This document shows, piece by piece, positions 41,645-53,797 of a DNA stretch of 64,000 nucleotides. How positions within the stretch are numbered: position 1 is the first letter of the stretch; every line of letters starts with the position of its first letter. Source of the stretch: Yuukianura sp. NJ FZ-2021 (taxonomy: Eukaryota). The translations under genes and the position numbers were made by a program. A model generated the notes under the pieces. The model made no database searches and was not told the origin of the DNA. It saw only the letters and a program-made list of their open reading frames with translations. The stretch is taken from assembly GCA_046563655.1 (NCBI GenBank), contig CM102289.1, positions 10,044,001 through 10,108,000 of the forward strand, written 5' to 3'.

Positions 41645-42964
41645 ATGGAATCAGACAGACGTGAAGGTGGTGAATTGGTTTCAGGCGTCCGCAGATTTGG
41701 TCCGGAAGTGACCTTTTTGTATGACGATGGCTTAACGCCACTGGAAAACGCCACGCAACTCACCATAGAGGAATCAACTGGTTTCCAAAGTACTACGCCA
41801 TTTCAATAAAATACTTCAAACTTAATTATGTTGAAAAGTCAAGAATGAATTTAGTTAGTTGATGTGTCATTTGTTAGGAAGTTTGTCAATTGAAAACAGA
41901 GCTTCCGATATTTTATTCATCAGTTAAACTCCACGCAGGTTCCTACGAATGCAACTTTCACTTTGACATTGTGGATCAAAATGGCCTCCGCTTGTTTCAC
42001 GTTGCAGGTGACTGCTAATATAATAAAAAAAAGTTATTGAGTTGAAACTTTTTGGAAAATTTAACTTTTGGTCTAACCTTGTTTGAATTTTGAAGAAACA
42101 TCGAGGCGAATTCTGCATTTGTTCAGCACCATGCCAGCTCGTCTTCAGTTTGTTCTTTTGGGATACGGTGGACAACCTGCTTTGATCGTCAGCGGATACG
42201 ACGAGTACTGCGGATACCCCACAGTAACAACTTTTTACTCTTTTTCTTCAATTTCCAAATTTCAATTGCTAACTGTTTTATTGCAGGATTTTTCAGTTGA
42301 AGGCGTCAGGGGTCACTTTGGACACATTTTGCAAAAGGTAAACATTTATTTTAAAAAGTTCAGGAATTGAGTGAATTGTTGGACGTTTTAGCGAGGCCAT
42401 TTGTGCGGAAGGACACGTTACTACGTGTGTGACAGAAATCAGGAACTTCTGTATCGTGTCTCCGCCAGTCACTTTGAATGCGCATGTATCGGAGGTATCT
42501 CTAAAAATATGACCCTACAAAAAGTACTTGTTTTCCTTCCTAACTTTGTTCCAACTTTCTAGTTTCCGGTAATTTTGGAATTTCAAAGAAGGAGGATAGG
42601 CAGCACAAGTTGTGTGGAACCATCAACAAAGTGGGTTCTGATGAAAACCCAAAGGGAAAACGCATGTACAGCGTCGTCCTTGAAGATGATTTCAACACTG
42701 CCCAAAAGTAAGCGGAAAACTGAGCTTAGCAAATTGAATTTTAATTTAAGTGGCGTTTAAATTGTTCAATTTGATTGTTTTTCAGAGCCCTTGTTATGAT
42801 CATGGCGGTGGTTCTTGTGAGTTACTTTTTATTTCAACTTATGACATTATGCTTATTATAAATTATGCAAATTGTGCTTATGACTTTAGAACCTACGTGG
42901 CTACAAGTCTGGAAAGCGCAAAGGTCGACCGTACTGGACAAAGCCAAGTAAAGACTCCATGTGA
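41645..42964 (+). CDS. Divergent phospholipid scramblase-like protein (many small exons; 5' structure tentative)
   Basis: In-phase exons giving DGLTPLENATQLTIEE..MPARLQFVLLGYGGQPALIV..GHFGHILQK..YYVCDRNQELLYRVSAS..CGTINK..YSVVLEDDFNTAQKALVMIMAVVLN; ordering matches my recollection of the scramblase beta-barrel plus C-terminal helix. Confidence 0.5.
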
Positions 42965-43262
42965 ACCCAAGGACAGCAGCACTTTCCTTTTCTAAATTCA
43001 TCTAAAATATCCTGAATGTGTTCGTAATATTAAATGAATTTGAACAGTGTCAAATATTCTCAAAAGAGTTTATAAAATTAGAGATTTGGAGTTGTTTGAA
43101 TTCGGAGAGCGATGAGGGAAAAGCGTGCTTTCGCCGCTCACTCTATCCGAACAAAAACAAACTTTCTCCTCGCTTTCTCAATTTGTGCTGCTCCACTTTT
43201 TAGGCCAAAGTGAAGAGAACCTTCGGATGTTCTTTTGGCTGTGCAAATCCTTTGATCACCTT

Positions 43263-43270
43263 TGACGTCA
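43263..43270. promoter_or_regulatory. Palindromic cAMP response element in the 7B2 promoter/5' region
   Basis: TGACGTCA about 125 bp upstream of the 7B2 ATG. Confidence 0.5.
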
Positions 43271-43393
43271 TTCAGAAATCGATGAGAGTGAATATTCTAG
43301 TGGGACTTCTATTACCCAACATACGGCTCTCCACCACTCTTTCTGTACATTTCTGTTAAAAAGTTCAACTGTTTCAGTATTTAAACTTTTAAA

Positions 43394-44656
43394 ATGTTCT
43401 CACTTGTTCTGGTGACACTCTCCAGTTTCGTGGTGGTGCATGGCTATGCTCCCCTGCGAGAGGTAAGTATTTCATCACTTGCATTTTTAACACCATTCTT
43501 AACAAAATTTTGCTTTTTGAACAGCCATTCCCTGCAGAGACATTCAACACTGTTGGCTTTATGCAGAATGCAATGGAGCGACTGGATCAGGATTTGGACA
43601 AGGACGGCCAATTCTTCGACCTCGGAAACAGGTCAATTCTAACCTTAAATTTTAAATTTTTTAAAAAGTGAAATTGAGAGTTAACTGTTTTGATTTTCAG
43701 ACTGGATGGACTGAACACGTTTCTTTCTGAAAGAACGCCGAAGGACTCTGATGGATTGGAGGGTGGGGCAGACTACGACCTGCACTTCCCCTCACTCAGA
43801 GACCAAGAGTACTTGCAGCAGAGTAGTCTCTTTGGATCCAAATTCATCACTGGTAAAACAACTTTTTCAACTTTATATGTTTGAATTTTAAAATGTAGTT
43901 TTTGAATTTAAGGTGGTGGATCTGAGTCTCAGAAGATCAAGGGGATAAAGAGTCAAGCGGAAGTGAAAACTGATGCAATTCTGCCTGCCTACTGCAACCC
44001 CCCAAACCCTTGTCCCGTGGGTCAAAGTGCAGAGGATGGATGCATTGAAGTGTTTGAAAACAGCGCCGCCTTCAGTCGAGCCTACCAAGCTTCTCAGGAG
44101 TGCATGTGTGACACTGAGCACATGTTCGACTGCCAACCTCCGCCAAACGAAGATGACCTTGACCTTGGCACAAACACATTCCTCAACGACCTCCAGGTTT
44201 TACTTTCACAAAACTAAAGTTTCTTAACTTTCACTTTTTAAACTTTTGCTTTTTAGCAGCTAGGAGGAGAGCACAAAGGAGTCATGGCCAAGAAGTTCTA
44301 CAACCAGAAGGTATGTTTTAATATTTTTAGAAATTTGAAATTTGGAAATTTAGAAAGCGGGAATATTTGGATGTAGATTGCACGTCAGCAGCAACTGAAC
44401 AAGTTGCAACAACTGGCCAACGAAGCTGCAGCACTTGATTTCCACAAGCACGGACTCAAATTGGTCAGTACTTTTTTAAATTTTGTTTTTAACTTGTGAA
44501 TTCATCACAACTGTTAAAGTTTTTTTGAATGGCGTGTGACCTGGGTTGAGTGACATTTTGAATTTGTGTTTTTAGGAGGAGAATCCATATTTGGTTGGAG
44601 AGAAACTTCCGATTGCCGCCAAAAAAGGAAATCTTGGAAAGAGTCTTCCGCACTAA
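43394..44656 (+). CDS. 7B2: Neuroendocrine protein 7B2 (secretogranin V, PC2 chaperone), multi-exon
   Basis: Signal peptide; PSLRDQEYLQQSSLFG; LPAYCNPPNPCP; C-terminal ENPYLVGEKLPIAAKK. Confidence 0.95.
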
Positions 44657-45169
44657 ATCGGATCCGCAGTTGAAAAAAGTTCAGTTGAAAATCGGAATGA
44701 TCCTAAACGTACCTTCACTCTTGCAATTCCTTGCTAATTTCCATTCAATTTTAACTCAACTCTCAAAAACAGTTTTATGGAGTGACGTCTAATCATATTC
44801 TCTGCTAAATAAAGTCATCACCTTAGAATTTATGAAGTCACACCCAGTCACTGACCTTCATTTTCAGAAAACTGAAAACTGTGCTTTTTTGGAAGCAGTG
44901 AATCCATTGAGTTTCAATTTTAATGAATCCATTTTCTTAAACGTAAGTGCCACATGAGGCAGTTGGCATTTCATCTTAACATTAAAAAAACGTTCGTCTC
45001 CAACTCAAGTTGGAAACTTTTTGGAAACTTTAAATTTTAAAATTATTTGAACGAGTATAACTATTTGGTAAAGAGCATTTGATTAACATACAACTTAAGT
45101 TAGAACTTGGTAGTGAAATCACAGTAGTTTGGAGTTTGAACTAGCGCGCTCTGCTTAAGTGGCGACTTG

Positions 45170-46291
45170 CTACGCACAGCGACATCGTGACACAACGTCC
45201 ACCGTCACTCTCTTGACTTGGAGTCCACAGGTGACGTTGAACTTGAGTTTGCGTGACCTGACTGCCTGGCACTTTGGAATGGAAGTGTAGGGATTCCCCT
45301 CTAAAAAGACATAAGTGCATCCTCCAACACATTCGTGTTTCGGCACTTCGATTCCAGCACATCCAGGCATCTCCAGCACCTCAGTCGACTTGACAAGTTT
45401 GCAACACTCACTTCCGGAAGAGGCGCCACATGGCAGTCGGTGCACTTTGTCTCTCGAAAAAGAAAACTGCGGAGTAATGTTTTTCTCCTCCCGCGCCTCG
45501 TTCTTCTGCAGAGCCAACCACGCCTGCTTTGAAATGTCACTTTTCCGGGGTTTCGGCGGGGCACTTTGGGTGGGACTTGAGTTGGTAGTGACTGGAGCGG
45601 AAGAGGTAGTTGAGACAATGGAGTTCTGCAAAAGGTCATTGACCTCAGAGGTGAAATTGACAAGGTCATTGACCTGAGTGAAATTGACTGGACTAGACAC
45701 TCCACTACTGCCGATGGAAACTCCGAAGTTTAAATGTTTAGTGTAGAAGAGAGTTGCGATGACGAGGATGAGGATGACAAGTAGAAAGGCAGCAGTGACC
45801 TTGAGACATGACCTTGACCTTGGGGGGTCCCTTGATGTGTGGGGGAGGAGGGGGGCCTTGCGTGTCCAATTGAAGTTGGACGACCAATGCGCAGAGTCAC
45901 TGTCAACATCCACCACACTCGTCAAGTAGTTGTTGTTGTCCGCTACAACCATGGAATCACGCAGTACTACTGGACCAGTACTCTCCTTTCTAACGATCTG
46001 CAACACAAAGATATCATTAGGAATTTAACATAAACTTTCTTACTTCTTGGAAAATCAAGAAAAAGAAAAGGACGAAAACTGGACAAAAGATTTAAATCCT
46101 CATAAATTCTTCGTTTAAATGTCAATTTCCTTTTAAAGTTTTCCTAATCCCACTTCCACTTTACAATCACTACAATGGAGGAAGGAAATGAATGAAGTTT
46201 GGAATTTTTGAAACCTAGGTATTTTGAAGAATAAGATTTGAAAATGGAAGAAAGTAATTGTAAAATGAAAAGTACCCACCTGGGACTGCAT
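45170..46291 (-). CDS. Type II membrane protein with Ser/Thr-rich stalk and C-terminal cystine-knot (exons 46291-46280, 45997-45170; start tentative)
   Basis: TM VTAAFLLVILILVIATLFY; C-terminal CC...PGC...CVGGC...C...C...CRC pattern of DAN/glycoprotein-hormone-type knots. Confidence 0.75.
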
Positions 46292-48376
46292 GTCTGTTGA
46301 GCGACTACAATTGGCACAACAGCTTCCCAGAATAGACGGAAGGCGCCTTGAGCAAAATTCATCCACAACCATCTCTTTTTTCAAATACTCTTCTCAAAAG
46401 TTCAAAAACTGAAATGTTTCTTGAAAAAGTAAAACTTGAACTGTTTTTCCACTGTGTGATGTGAAATGAAGCTGAGTTGACATGGAACTGGCTGGTTTTT
46501 AGTTGTGAGAGTGTTGATGTGTCGGTTGGCGACCATTGGAGCACTAAAAAGGAGACAATGCTAAAAAGAGAGCACTTGAAGAGATGCGTCCGACTGGCGT
46601 CACTTTCTCCTCCGCTCTTGTTGGACGAGTGACAGAGATGCACTTCCACTCACATCTTCACACATGTACTGATCATGGATGCACAATTAAGCGTGGGAAC
46701 ATTCAAAGATCAACTGAGTTGTAAATGGCAGAATGAGGCTATTGTTCTTTAGCTTGTGTTCCGTTCAAGTCCAACTGCCAAGTGAACCCTCCTTTACTTA
46801 GAAACTGGCAGTTCCTTCAAAAGTTTTAGGAGTGGAGCCCACTTCTGTTGACTTTCCTCCACTTGAACAATACAATCTCAACTTATTTTTAAATTCATAC
46901 TTTGGACTTAAAAAGAGTGGAGCCACATGACAGGAGACTGAAGGGGCTCCAGACGCCGACCTTAAGGCCCTTCAACCACTTCACTCTAAGAAACACTCAG
47001 CATTTGAACAACAACTAAGAAAATCACAAGGATTCGCAAACATGTCCTTGCACAAATTCCAACAAATTATGCACAAATCCATGGCGTCAATCCAAATTAT
47101 CAAAGCAAATTACACTTTTGATCAGAAACATCTCACGTGGGAAGAAAATGTTGTGAAATTTACAAATTGCAAAGACTTGTTGTGAAATTGAATCTGAAGG
47201 GGCATGTGGATTTGGGAAGTTATGAAAATTGCCAAAAACCAAATTCTCTTTCCAATTCCTTTTAGAAAAAGTGGTGCGTAGTTGAAATGTCTTGTGTGAT
47301 AAAATCTTAAAAACACAAACCACAAAGTTGAGTAGTCGATTATTTCCAAGAGTTTTAAAAGCACAACAACAGTCTGGCACCATCAACAAAAACCCCAAAC
47401 AAAAAGCAAACAACTTCAAGTCTCCGCCCGGACTCAAGTTTCAAGGGCCCACAAGGGTACTTGAAGGGCTCCAAAAAAAAGTCATTTAGAAGAGTTGTAA
47501 TTAGGGACTAAGTGGGGAGCCACCACGAGACGTAATTAATAGCTCTGCAGGAGGAGCCTTATTTCTCAATCCAGGGTCAAGGGGCCTTAAGTCCCCCGTT
47601 TTTAGTTTATGGGCACATTAACTCCTTGTCTTCCTCATTTTTTCCAAGAAGCTCCATTTTTTGTTGGAAAGGAGACTTGGCCTGACGCCACCGGAGGAAG
47701 TGAAAGTCTTTCGTAACTTTCTCCGTTTGACTTTCCCTGTCTGGGTTTGGTGGCGACTGGCGGGGCGGTGGAGCCACTTGAATCCTCAATTGTTTCATTA
47801 ATCATTCATAATGAACGGCGGGAACTGGTGGACCAACGCACAGCCACATTAATTCTCTCCATTTCCCAGCCAAGAGAGATGAGAGGAGGGTGGCGCCTAG
47901 CTGCCTGGAGCCACCATCAAATCTCCCAAACCCACCCCTTAGCCCACTTACTCTTTACATCTCTCATCTCACATCTCAATTCACCTTCTACCGCAAATTA
48001 AGAAACGGAGACAAAGTTATTAACTGCACATAAACAATGAAACACAATTGAAAATGTTACATTTTTATTCACAAAATTCTCACATCGGGCTGCCACTCAT
48101 GATGGCGATACTTCGGAAATCAAAGTAGGAAAACCCAGAGCTACTGGAGAATTGTATAAACTGCCTAAAGCCTAAACATAAATTATGACTTTGGTATCTT
48201 TTAAACGACGCTCATGGTCCAGTCATTGTTATCCTACAGGAGTACATGATTACGTGAAACCATTTTTGAATGTCGAGGGAATTAAGAGATTGACAACACA
48301 TTTGGGAAAATAGAAATGGAAAGTAGAAAAACGTAGGATGGGCAAGAACGAAGGGTGACAGAATGCGAAGATCGTT

Positions 48377-49852
48377 TTAGACACGAAGGATCTCGAGACA
48401 CTTGTTGTAGCAGATCCCAATCCAGTCTCTGCATGGAAAAAAGAAGTGAAGGATGGAATTATGATATAATCATAGTAATTGATTGCAGTTGAACTTACGG
48501 TTGTGTTGCTCCCCATTGGATTTGGTTGATTTGTCCCTCTGCAGCAGTGTAAGCGAGTATTGGATCTTCAATTGCTCTAGGCATGCCTACGAGACAATCA
48601 AGCCGCACGCCGTTTGAAATTTTAACAAAAAGAGTAATTGCAGCAGTTGGAGAACAGTTTTGGCGGAGTGAATCCTTACCTGCAATGTCCCAAATGAGTG
48701 CTTGATGGTCGTCTCCCGCAGTACAGACGTGGCAGGCACTGTGAGGGGCCCACGCCAGCCCATTCACACACGCTCGGTGGTTATTCAGCACTAAACAAAC
48801 ACAAATTAACTTGACTAAAACTTAGTTTTCTGTCTAATACTTGTGAAGCGAACCTGCAACTGGAGTACAGGGAACTCGGACGTCTAGTATAACCACTTCA
48901 CACGACTCCATCGCTATCGTGGCTAGAAAGTTAGGATCCTACAAAAAGAGAGAAAGAATGAGTTGTACTAATCGTTTGAACCAAATTGGAAAGACTGTTA
49001 CTTGTTTATTCCAAGCTAATCGCAGGAGAGGGATATGGCCAGTGTCTTCGTAGATAATTGTAGAGTGTTCCAAATGGCGGAGATCAAACATGCGTACTGA
49101 GCCATCAGCCCCAACGGATGCAAACATGTCACGACCCCCTCCAGCACGAGAAAACGCAATGTCATACACTTCCTGTCAAATCAAATCAAATGAAATTAGT
49201 AATTAAAAATTAAAGGTAAGAGAATGGTTGGGTTACCTTGTCATGGGCAATGAGTTGTGTCTTGACATGGCCACTGACGCTGGATACTCTGCCGATGGCC
49301 TGTCTCGTCTCCAACCCCCAAATCGTACAAGTCGTGTCGATGGAACTTGTGCCGATGAGGTTCGGATCCACTTCGTTCCAGTCGAAACTCGTCAGTGGGG
49401 CACAGAAGTCACTGTTCTTGTTGTTGTTGAGGAGACTCTCCAACTTGATTTCAGTGTCAGTGGCTCTCCACACTCTGAGATAGTCACCACTCGTTGCTAG
49501 GAGATCAGGATAAATGGATTTGCTATCTGGGATCCAAATTATCTTGGTTGCTGGATAAGGGTGTTCCAGTGTGGCCTTTGGCACAAATTCTGACGTGTCT
49601 TCATCTAGCTGCACTATTTGAACTTTGTTGTTGTACCTGTGGAATAACGTTGTTAGTTTCTTTGATGGTCTAGTGAATATGAGTTAAGGAAGTTTCTTAC
49701 TCCTCGACGAATGATCCAAGGGCGAGTCTAAATCGTTTGTCAGGACGAACGGACCAGTTCATGGCGTAGAGTGGCCATGGCGCCTCGTACTTGTAGATTT
49801 CCTTCCGCTTGGCCATCGAAACGTTAGCAGACGTTTGTTGTTGGTTTGCCAT
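48377..49852 (-). CDS. DCAF7: DDB1- and CUL4-associated factor 7 (WDR68/Wap), multi-exon
   Basis: [66 protein letters not shown], ends [15 protein letters not shown]. Confidence 0.97.
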
Positions 49853-50505
49853 TGTTGAGGTTCCCGAAGATGTCCACTTCGTCACTCCATGTTGTATCCC
49901 CTAATTCAATTCATTCAAAATGTTAATTGCACAATACTACTTTATTGTTACATTTGGAACATTTGAAGTGTTTTACGTACCTTTCAGTTAGAAATGTCTC
50001 CTCCAGCCGTCGGCCCGATTTGTTATGCCAAGATGAGGAGTGACCTTTAAATTTTAACGGGCACAATTAGAAACTCATAGTATGCAGGTTTAAATTATTA
50101 ATTACTGAATTTCATTCAGTGAGTCCCAGTGTTGCTTCGTTAACTGATTCGACGCTAGACTTAGTTCTTGAACTTATAAATGCTTGAAAGTTGTCAACTA
50201 ATCGTAAATTAAAATGTTTTCCATAAACAAATTATTTTAAGCCTACTTTCCAACAGTATATCTAAATGGGTATATCCATAGCGAGTGGAGTTCCTTCCAT
50301 AAGGTTTCCTTCATATACAAATGCCAACCCAATTGGCAACATTGCATTCCACCAATTTCCAAAAACTTTCTCCCTCTCCGCCTTTATGCAGCGAATTCAT
50401 TTCAGTAATCGTTAAAATCAACTGAATTCTTTACAAAATTCCGTCTCCTCAATTTTTAATAAATCTCTTATGTTGTGATATTAAATAGGCGCAGTCCCAA
50501 CGACC

Positions 50506-51328
50506 ATGCACAGCATGCTAGTCACGGCGGTGACATCTAAAACAAAGTTAAAAAAACCATGGCAACTAGAATTAACGTTTCGCTTATTGAACCTTGAACA
50601 ACGTCTTCAGAGTTCCGACAACTACTCACATGGCGCGTAAGCTACGCTCCTATTGTAAAAACGGGTGTTACGACGTCTAAAATGAGTTCATTTGTGAACG
50701 ATACTTCTCGCGATGCCTCTCCACAACGGTCTGATGCCTTTGTGGCAGGACGATCCTTGGTGTTGCTAGAAACGTTGTAAGAAAAACACAAAGATCACAA
50801 CGATTAACACATGACTCCATATTTTAAAAATCACTTTAGTGCTAAACGTGTTTGTAGCATCATACGTGACGCTGGTGAATTCCAAGCTGTGAGGGTCCAG
50901 TGCGTCCTTCTCCTTGCTTCATTTGTGCTCCTTTGTGGCGTCGCCTAGTAACAACAATCTATTCTTGTCCAATGACGTTGACTTGAACCTCCTTCTGCTT
51001 TAGTTTCCTTGTCCTCGCATCTGCCCTGGTTTGCCATCACTTAATTTGGGATTCCAAGGTGGACATCACGCCCCAATTTGTCCATTGGAGAGAACTGCCG
51101 CAGTCCAGTGAAGCCTCCCTCGATGAAGGCGACTCAGACGGAATAGAGTACTACGAAGAAACCATCAGTTAGTTCCAATTCACAAATGATTGTTAAAATG
51201 ACGAATTAAGGACTCACCACTTCCATTTCCATGAACTAGGGAGACGGAATTTCCAAGAAAGTACATTCCAACCTCATAACAGACGCGCAAAATCAGTTGA
51301 TGAAGACGTAGAGGTGACGGGTGCTTGA
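50506..51328 (+). CDS. Small orphan membrane protein (exons ~50506-50520, 50611-50636, 50687-50776, 50858-50947, 51004-51167, 51240-51328)
   Basis: Consecutive GT-AG introns keep one open frame: ..VQCVLLLASFVLLCGVAYFLVLASALVCHHLIWDSK..DEGDSDGIEYYEE..; first two exons uncertain (alternative ATG at 50682). Confidence 0.5.
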
Positions 51329-52194
51329 GGCTACACGATCCATCCTCCTCCTTTGTCTCATCATTTGGCGTTAATCGATTAATACATGAATTAATTGTTA
51401 TTGTTAACTTTCAAAAAATTAATCCACAACAAGTCAAGTGAAATGTTTACAAATAAATTTTGAAAATTGGCAACTGTGGAGGCTACATACACCTCCTGGT
51501 CACTCATATTATCAGAGCAGGGCACCTGAAATTCAGTTACAAATTAAATTAGCAGTGTATTAGTAAAGTGATAACAATTAGGATAAATTTATTAACACTT
51601 TGTATTTGTGACAATGAGATTAATTAAAACTGCCACTCCAATTAGCATTTTTCGGAATTTAACGTTTGTCGTGATTGATTTTTTTAAAGTTGAGGGATGT
51701 ATGGAGGGAGGGAAGGGCGTAGAGTGGAAACCTCTTTGTCAGACTCATTTATTTATCCAAAATTCTAAATTGGCAAACCACATTTTGTCAAATTGGATTT
51801 TGTATGTTAATTTGCGTATGGAAGGGTCTGCTGTTTCGCCAATTTGGATTGCATTGGAATTTGCAAATCTAAAAATTCCATTTGAAATTGAACTTTGGAG
51901 TATGATTTTGGTTGTGTTTGGCCATCTAGTGCCAAGTCCTTTGACTACACACCCTTCCATGCTCCTCTGTCCAATTCTACTTTTACACAGCAACACTCAA
52001 AACATGCATCCTACTTCTCACTTATTCACAAAACCCACCATCTCCTACTTCACATCCATCCAGTGCACAGACGCACCTTTTGGAAACTCATGTACAATTC
52101 AACATCCTGTCCATTTGTTGAAGCACCTCACCTCAGCACGAGTCAATTCGTTTCATAATTTCAGTGCTTTGTATTTAAGGAATCGCTGTCAACA

Positions 52195-53185
52195 ATGAGG
52201 TAAGGAAACCAAATTAATAGTTAATTAACTAATCTCTCATTCAGTTGTACAGCTGCCTTAACCCACTTCTGTTTCTCTTTTTTTATTTAGTAGTTCATTG
52301 AAACTCCAGAAACGACTGGCAGCCGCTGTTCTGCGCTGCGGCAAGAAGAAGGTATGGCTCGACCCCAACGAATCAGCTGAAATCTCAGCCGCTAATTCCA
52401 GTAAGTCAAATCTCCATACTCAGCCAAAACACGATTCATTGTTGTTCCTGTTTCAATGTTTCAAAGAGCAACATGAAACACTGTTTCTGTTTCATGTTGC
52501 ACTTTGTGGAGTACATTTTGTACTCAGATAACTTGATGTAATTACATTGTAAGTGGTTCTTTTGTTGCTTCACAGGACAGTACATCAGGAAATTAGCAAA
52601 GGATGGTTTAATCATCAAGAAGCCGGTGGCAGTCCACTCCCGTGCAAGAGTACGAGCGAACACAGAGGCCAGGCGAAAGGGACGACACTGTGGACCCGGC
52701 AAGAGGAAGGGAACGGCCAATGCCCGAATGCCAGAGAAGTTACTGTGGATTAAGAGAATGCGAGTCCTCCGTCGTCTTCTCAAGAAATACAGGTAACATG
52801 AACACAAATAACAATGGATCCGTTTGCATTTATTTAATTCCTATCCTAACTTTGAACTCAGGGAGACGAAGAAAATTGATAGACACCTATACCAGCAGCT
52901 CTATCTCAAAGTGAAGGGTAACGTGTTCAAAAACAAGCGAGTGTTGATGGAGCATATCCACAAGAAGAAGGCAGAGAACGCCAGATCCAAACAACTCACG
53001 TAAGTAGCCAACAACAAATGTTTATGTAAACTTCCTCCTTAAAGTCTTCAACTCACGAATTGTTTTTTGATTTTAGTGATCAGGCAGAGCAACGTCGATC
53101 CAAGGTCAAAGAAGCAAGGAAGCGCCGTGACGACCGGAAGGCCGCCAAGCAGGCAGAGATCGTAGCTGCTGCGCAGAAGGACTAA
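52195..53185 (+). CDS. RPL19: 60S ribosomal protein L19 (eL19), 5 exons
   Basis: [61 protein letters not shown]. Confidence 0.97.
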
Positions 53186-53428
53186 TTTTAATATTTTGGC
53201 TAAATAAATATCGTTGTTGGGTAACCCCGTTCTCAAACTCTGCAGTCCACAGTATCTTATTTCATTCATCTCCGCTTCCAATTTCATACTTTTTAGGATA
53301 CAATTTATGTTCCTTTGTCTAAATAAAATTAACCTTCTGTGCTACTGTTCCAGTTTCCTGCTTGTCACTGTGATTCTGAATGTTAGGTACCTAATCTCAT
53401 TCTCCTGGCGAAGTGAAAGTACTGCACC

Positions 53429-53730
53429 TCAATCGATCAATTAACTAAAATAAAAGTTAATTGGAGATGAAAATTAAAAATAACTGAAGAAGAGGCAGAT
53501 TCTGTTTGTTTACATTAGGAAACTGTGTCTCCTCTGCCCTCCTCTCTCACACGCGACCATAAAAGTGAATAAAGACTAACTTTTATTTTTACATTTAGGA
53601 GGGCAGAGGAGACACAGTTTCCTTATGTAAACAAACAGAATCTGCCTCTTCTTCAGTTATTTTTATGTCTCTTTTTTCTCTTTTTAGTTGTCATCTCCAA
53701 TTAACTTATTTTAGTTAACTGATCGATTGA
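53429..53730. repeat. Long inverted repeat (arms 53429-53543 and 53597-53730), MITE/foldback-like
   Basis: TCAATCGATCAATTAACTAAAAT..GAAGAGGCAGATTCTGTTTGTTTAC..TGTGTCTCCTCTGCCCTCCT and its reverse complement with one ~20-nt insertion. Confidence 0.85.
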
Positions 53731-53797
53731 ATTCAAATGGTTCAGGGAATAGATGCATAACATGTCAGAACATTGTGTTTTCAATTTGGGAAAGATG

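Noticed and set aside
51290..51365. Minus-strand C/D box snoRNA pattern (ATGATGA...CTGA)
   Set aside because: No convincing rRNA guide recognised, and the region is better explained as the last exon/3' UTR of the plus-strand orphan gene
51608..52198. 196-aa ORF upstream of RPL19
   Set aside because: Non-ATG start, no recognisable motifs, overlaps the RPL19 promoter region
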